DNA of 18,266 bases from a virus (Duplodnaviria; Heunggongvirae; Uroviricota; Caudoviricetes). The DNA is taken from IMG/VR virus record IMGVR_UViG_2698536651_000007, one strand, 5' to 3'. The position numbers were made by a program, and so were the translations under genes. Of this stretch, positions 16,986 through 18,266 are shown one piece after another (position 1 is the first letter of the stretch; each line of letters begins with the position of its first letter). The notes below the pieces were generated by a model that worked only from the letters and a program-made list of their open reading frames with translations, was not told the origin of the DNA and did not search any database.

Positions 16986-18266
16986 ATGAAATATCCGACA
17001 GGCGTGGAAAACCATGGAGGGAAATTACGTATCTGGTTTGTTTATAAAGACGTAAGAGTCAGGGAAAATCTGGGGGTTCCTGACACAGCAAAAAACAGGC
17101 GCGTTGCAGGTGAACTACGCTCCTCTGTTTGTTACGCAATAAAAACTGGTGTTTTCGACTATGCAAAACAGTTTCCCTCCTCACGCAATCTGGAAAAATT
17201 TGGTGAGGCCCGACAAGATTTAACCATAAAAGAACTGGCTGAAAAATTTCTGGCACTGAAAGAAACTGAAGTCGCCAAAACATCACTCAACACATACCGT
17301 GCCGTCATCAAAAATATCCTGAGCATAATCGGTGAAAAAAATCTTGCCTCATCGATTAATAAAGAAAAATTACTGGAGGTTCGTAAAGAGTTACTGACTG
17401 GATACCAGATCCCCAAAAGTAACTATATTGTTACACAACCAGGGAGATCGGCTGTAACTGTAAATAATTACATGACAAATCTTAACGCCGTGTTCCAGTT
17501 TGGTGTTGATAACGGTTACCTGGCAGATAATCCGTTTAAGGGGATCTCGCCATTAAAGGAATCAAGAACCATTCCGGATCCTCTTTCGCGGGAAGAATTT
17601 ATCCGTCTTATCGATGCGTGCAGAAATCAGCAAGCAAAAAATTTATGGTGTGTTTCTGTTTATACTGGAGTTCGCCCTGGTGAGCTGTGTGCACTTGGAT
17701 GGGAGGACATAGATCTGAAAAATGGAACAATGATGATCAGGAGAAATTTAGCAAAAGACCGTTTCACGGTACCAAAAACACAGGCGGGAACCAATCGGGT
17801 CATTCATCTTATTAAGCCAGCAATCGACGCTCTCCGGAGTCAGATGACATTAACGAGACTGAGCAAAGAGCATATCATTGATGTTCACCTCAGAGAGTAT
17901 GGCAGAACAGAAAAACAAAAATGCACCTTTGTTTTTCAACCTGAAGTGTCAGCGAGAGTAAAAAATTATGGTGACCATTTTACCGTTGACTCAATAAGGC
18001 AGATGTGGGACGCAGCGATAAAACGTGCCGGACTCCGCCATCGAAAATCATATCAGTCGAGACATACTTATGCCTGCTGGTCGCTGACAGCTGGTGCTAA
18101 CCCGGCATTTATAGCAAACCAGATGGGCCATGCAGATGCGCAAATGGTATTTCAGGTATACGGAAAATGGATGTCTGAAAACAATAATGCACAGGTAGCT
18201 TTGTTAAATACACAGTTAAGCGAGTTTGCCCCAACCATGCCCCATAACGAAGCAATGAAAAATTAA
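16986..18266 (+). CDS. int: Tyrosine recombinase / phage integrase (426 aa; alternative ATG at 16971)
   Basis: Begins MKYPTGVENHGGKLRIWFVYKDV…; C-terminal catalytic region has …RHRKSYQSRHTYACWS… and …GHADAQMVFQVYGKWM… (R, HxxR and Y signatures). Stop codon is the last 3 nt of the window. Confidence 0.9.
   Translation: MKYPTGVENHGGKLRIWFVYKDVRVRENLGVPDTAKNRRVAGELRSSVCYAIKTGVFDYAKQFPSSRNLEKFGEARQDLTIKELAEKFLALKETEVAKTSLNTYRAVIKNILSIIGEKNLASSINKEKLLEVRKELLTGYQIPKSNYIVTQPGRSAVTVNNYMTNLNAVFQFGVDNGYLADNPFKGISPLKESRTIPDPLSREEFIRLIDACRNQQAKNLWCVSVYTGVRPGELCALGWEDIDLKNGTMMIRRNLAKDRFTVPKTQAGTNRVIHLIKPAIDALRSQMTLTRLSKEHIIDVHLREYGRTEKQKCTFVFQPEVSARVKNYGDHFTVDSIRQMWDAAIKRAGLRHRKSYQSRHTYACWSLTAGANPAFIANQMGHADAQMVFQVYGKWMSENNNAQVALLNTQLSEFAPTMPHNEAMKN

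Noticed and set aside
17059-17416. Minus-strand ORFs inside the integrase gene
   Set aside because: Antisense to a well-supported tyrosine recombinase CDS.

Overview
This window looks like the reverse-oriented late/lysis region and integration end of a degenerate lambdoid prophage in an Escherichia-type genome, resembling the Qin cryptic prophage of E. coli K-12 with phage-21-type lysis genes. All identifications come from reading the translated ORFs and from recall of lambda and K-12 sequences; no search or computation was run. Left to right on the + strand: the 5' part of terminase small subunit Nu1 (minus strand) and a lambda-type cos site; small genes of ynfO/ydfO/gnsB/ynfN type; three cold-shock paralogs (cspI, cspB, cspF) interleaved with the lysis cassette (pinholin, SAR endolysin, Rz/Rz1); antiterminator Q with a candidate late promoter/terminator unit; ydfU, a coupled 92-aa ORF, rem, and the relB-relE-hokD toxin-antitoxin operon. 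Where K-12 Qin would carry immunity and dic genes there is instead an AT-rich two-gene cassette of unknown function (10011-12050), which is the best candidate for an undescribed defence or toxin module; one protein has a HEPN-like RNxxxH motif and the other a possible GNAT-like motif. It is followed by a DDE transposase, a small membrane protein, a DEDDh-exonuclease-domain protein, an excisionase and a tyrosine integrase ending at the window edge. No tRNA, rRNA or CRISPR array was seen.
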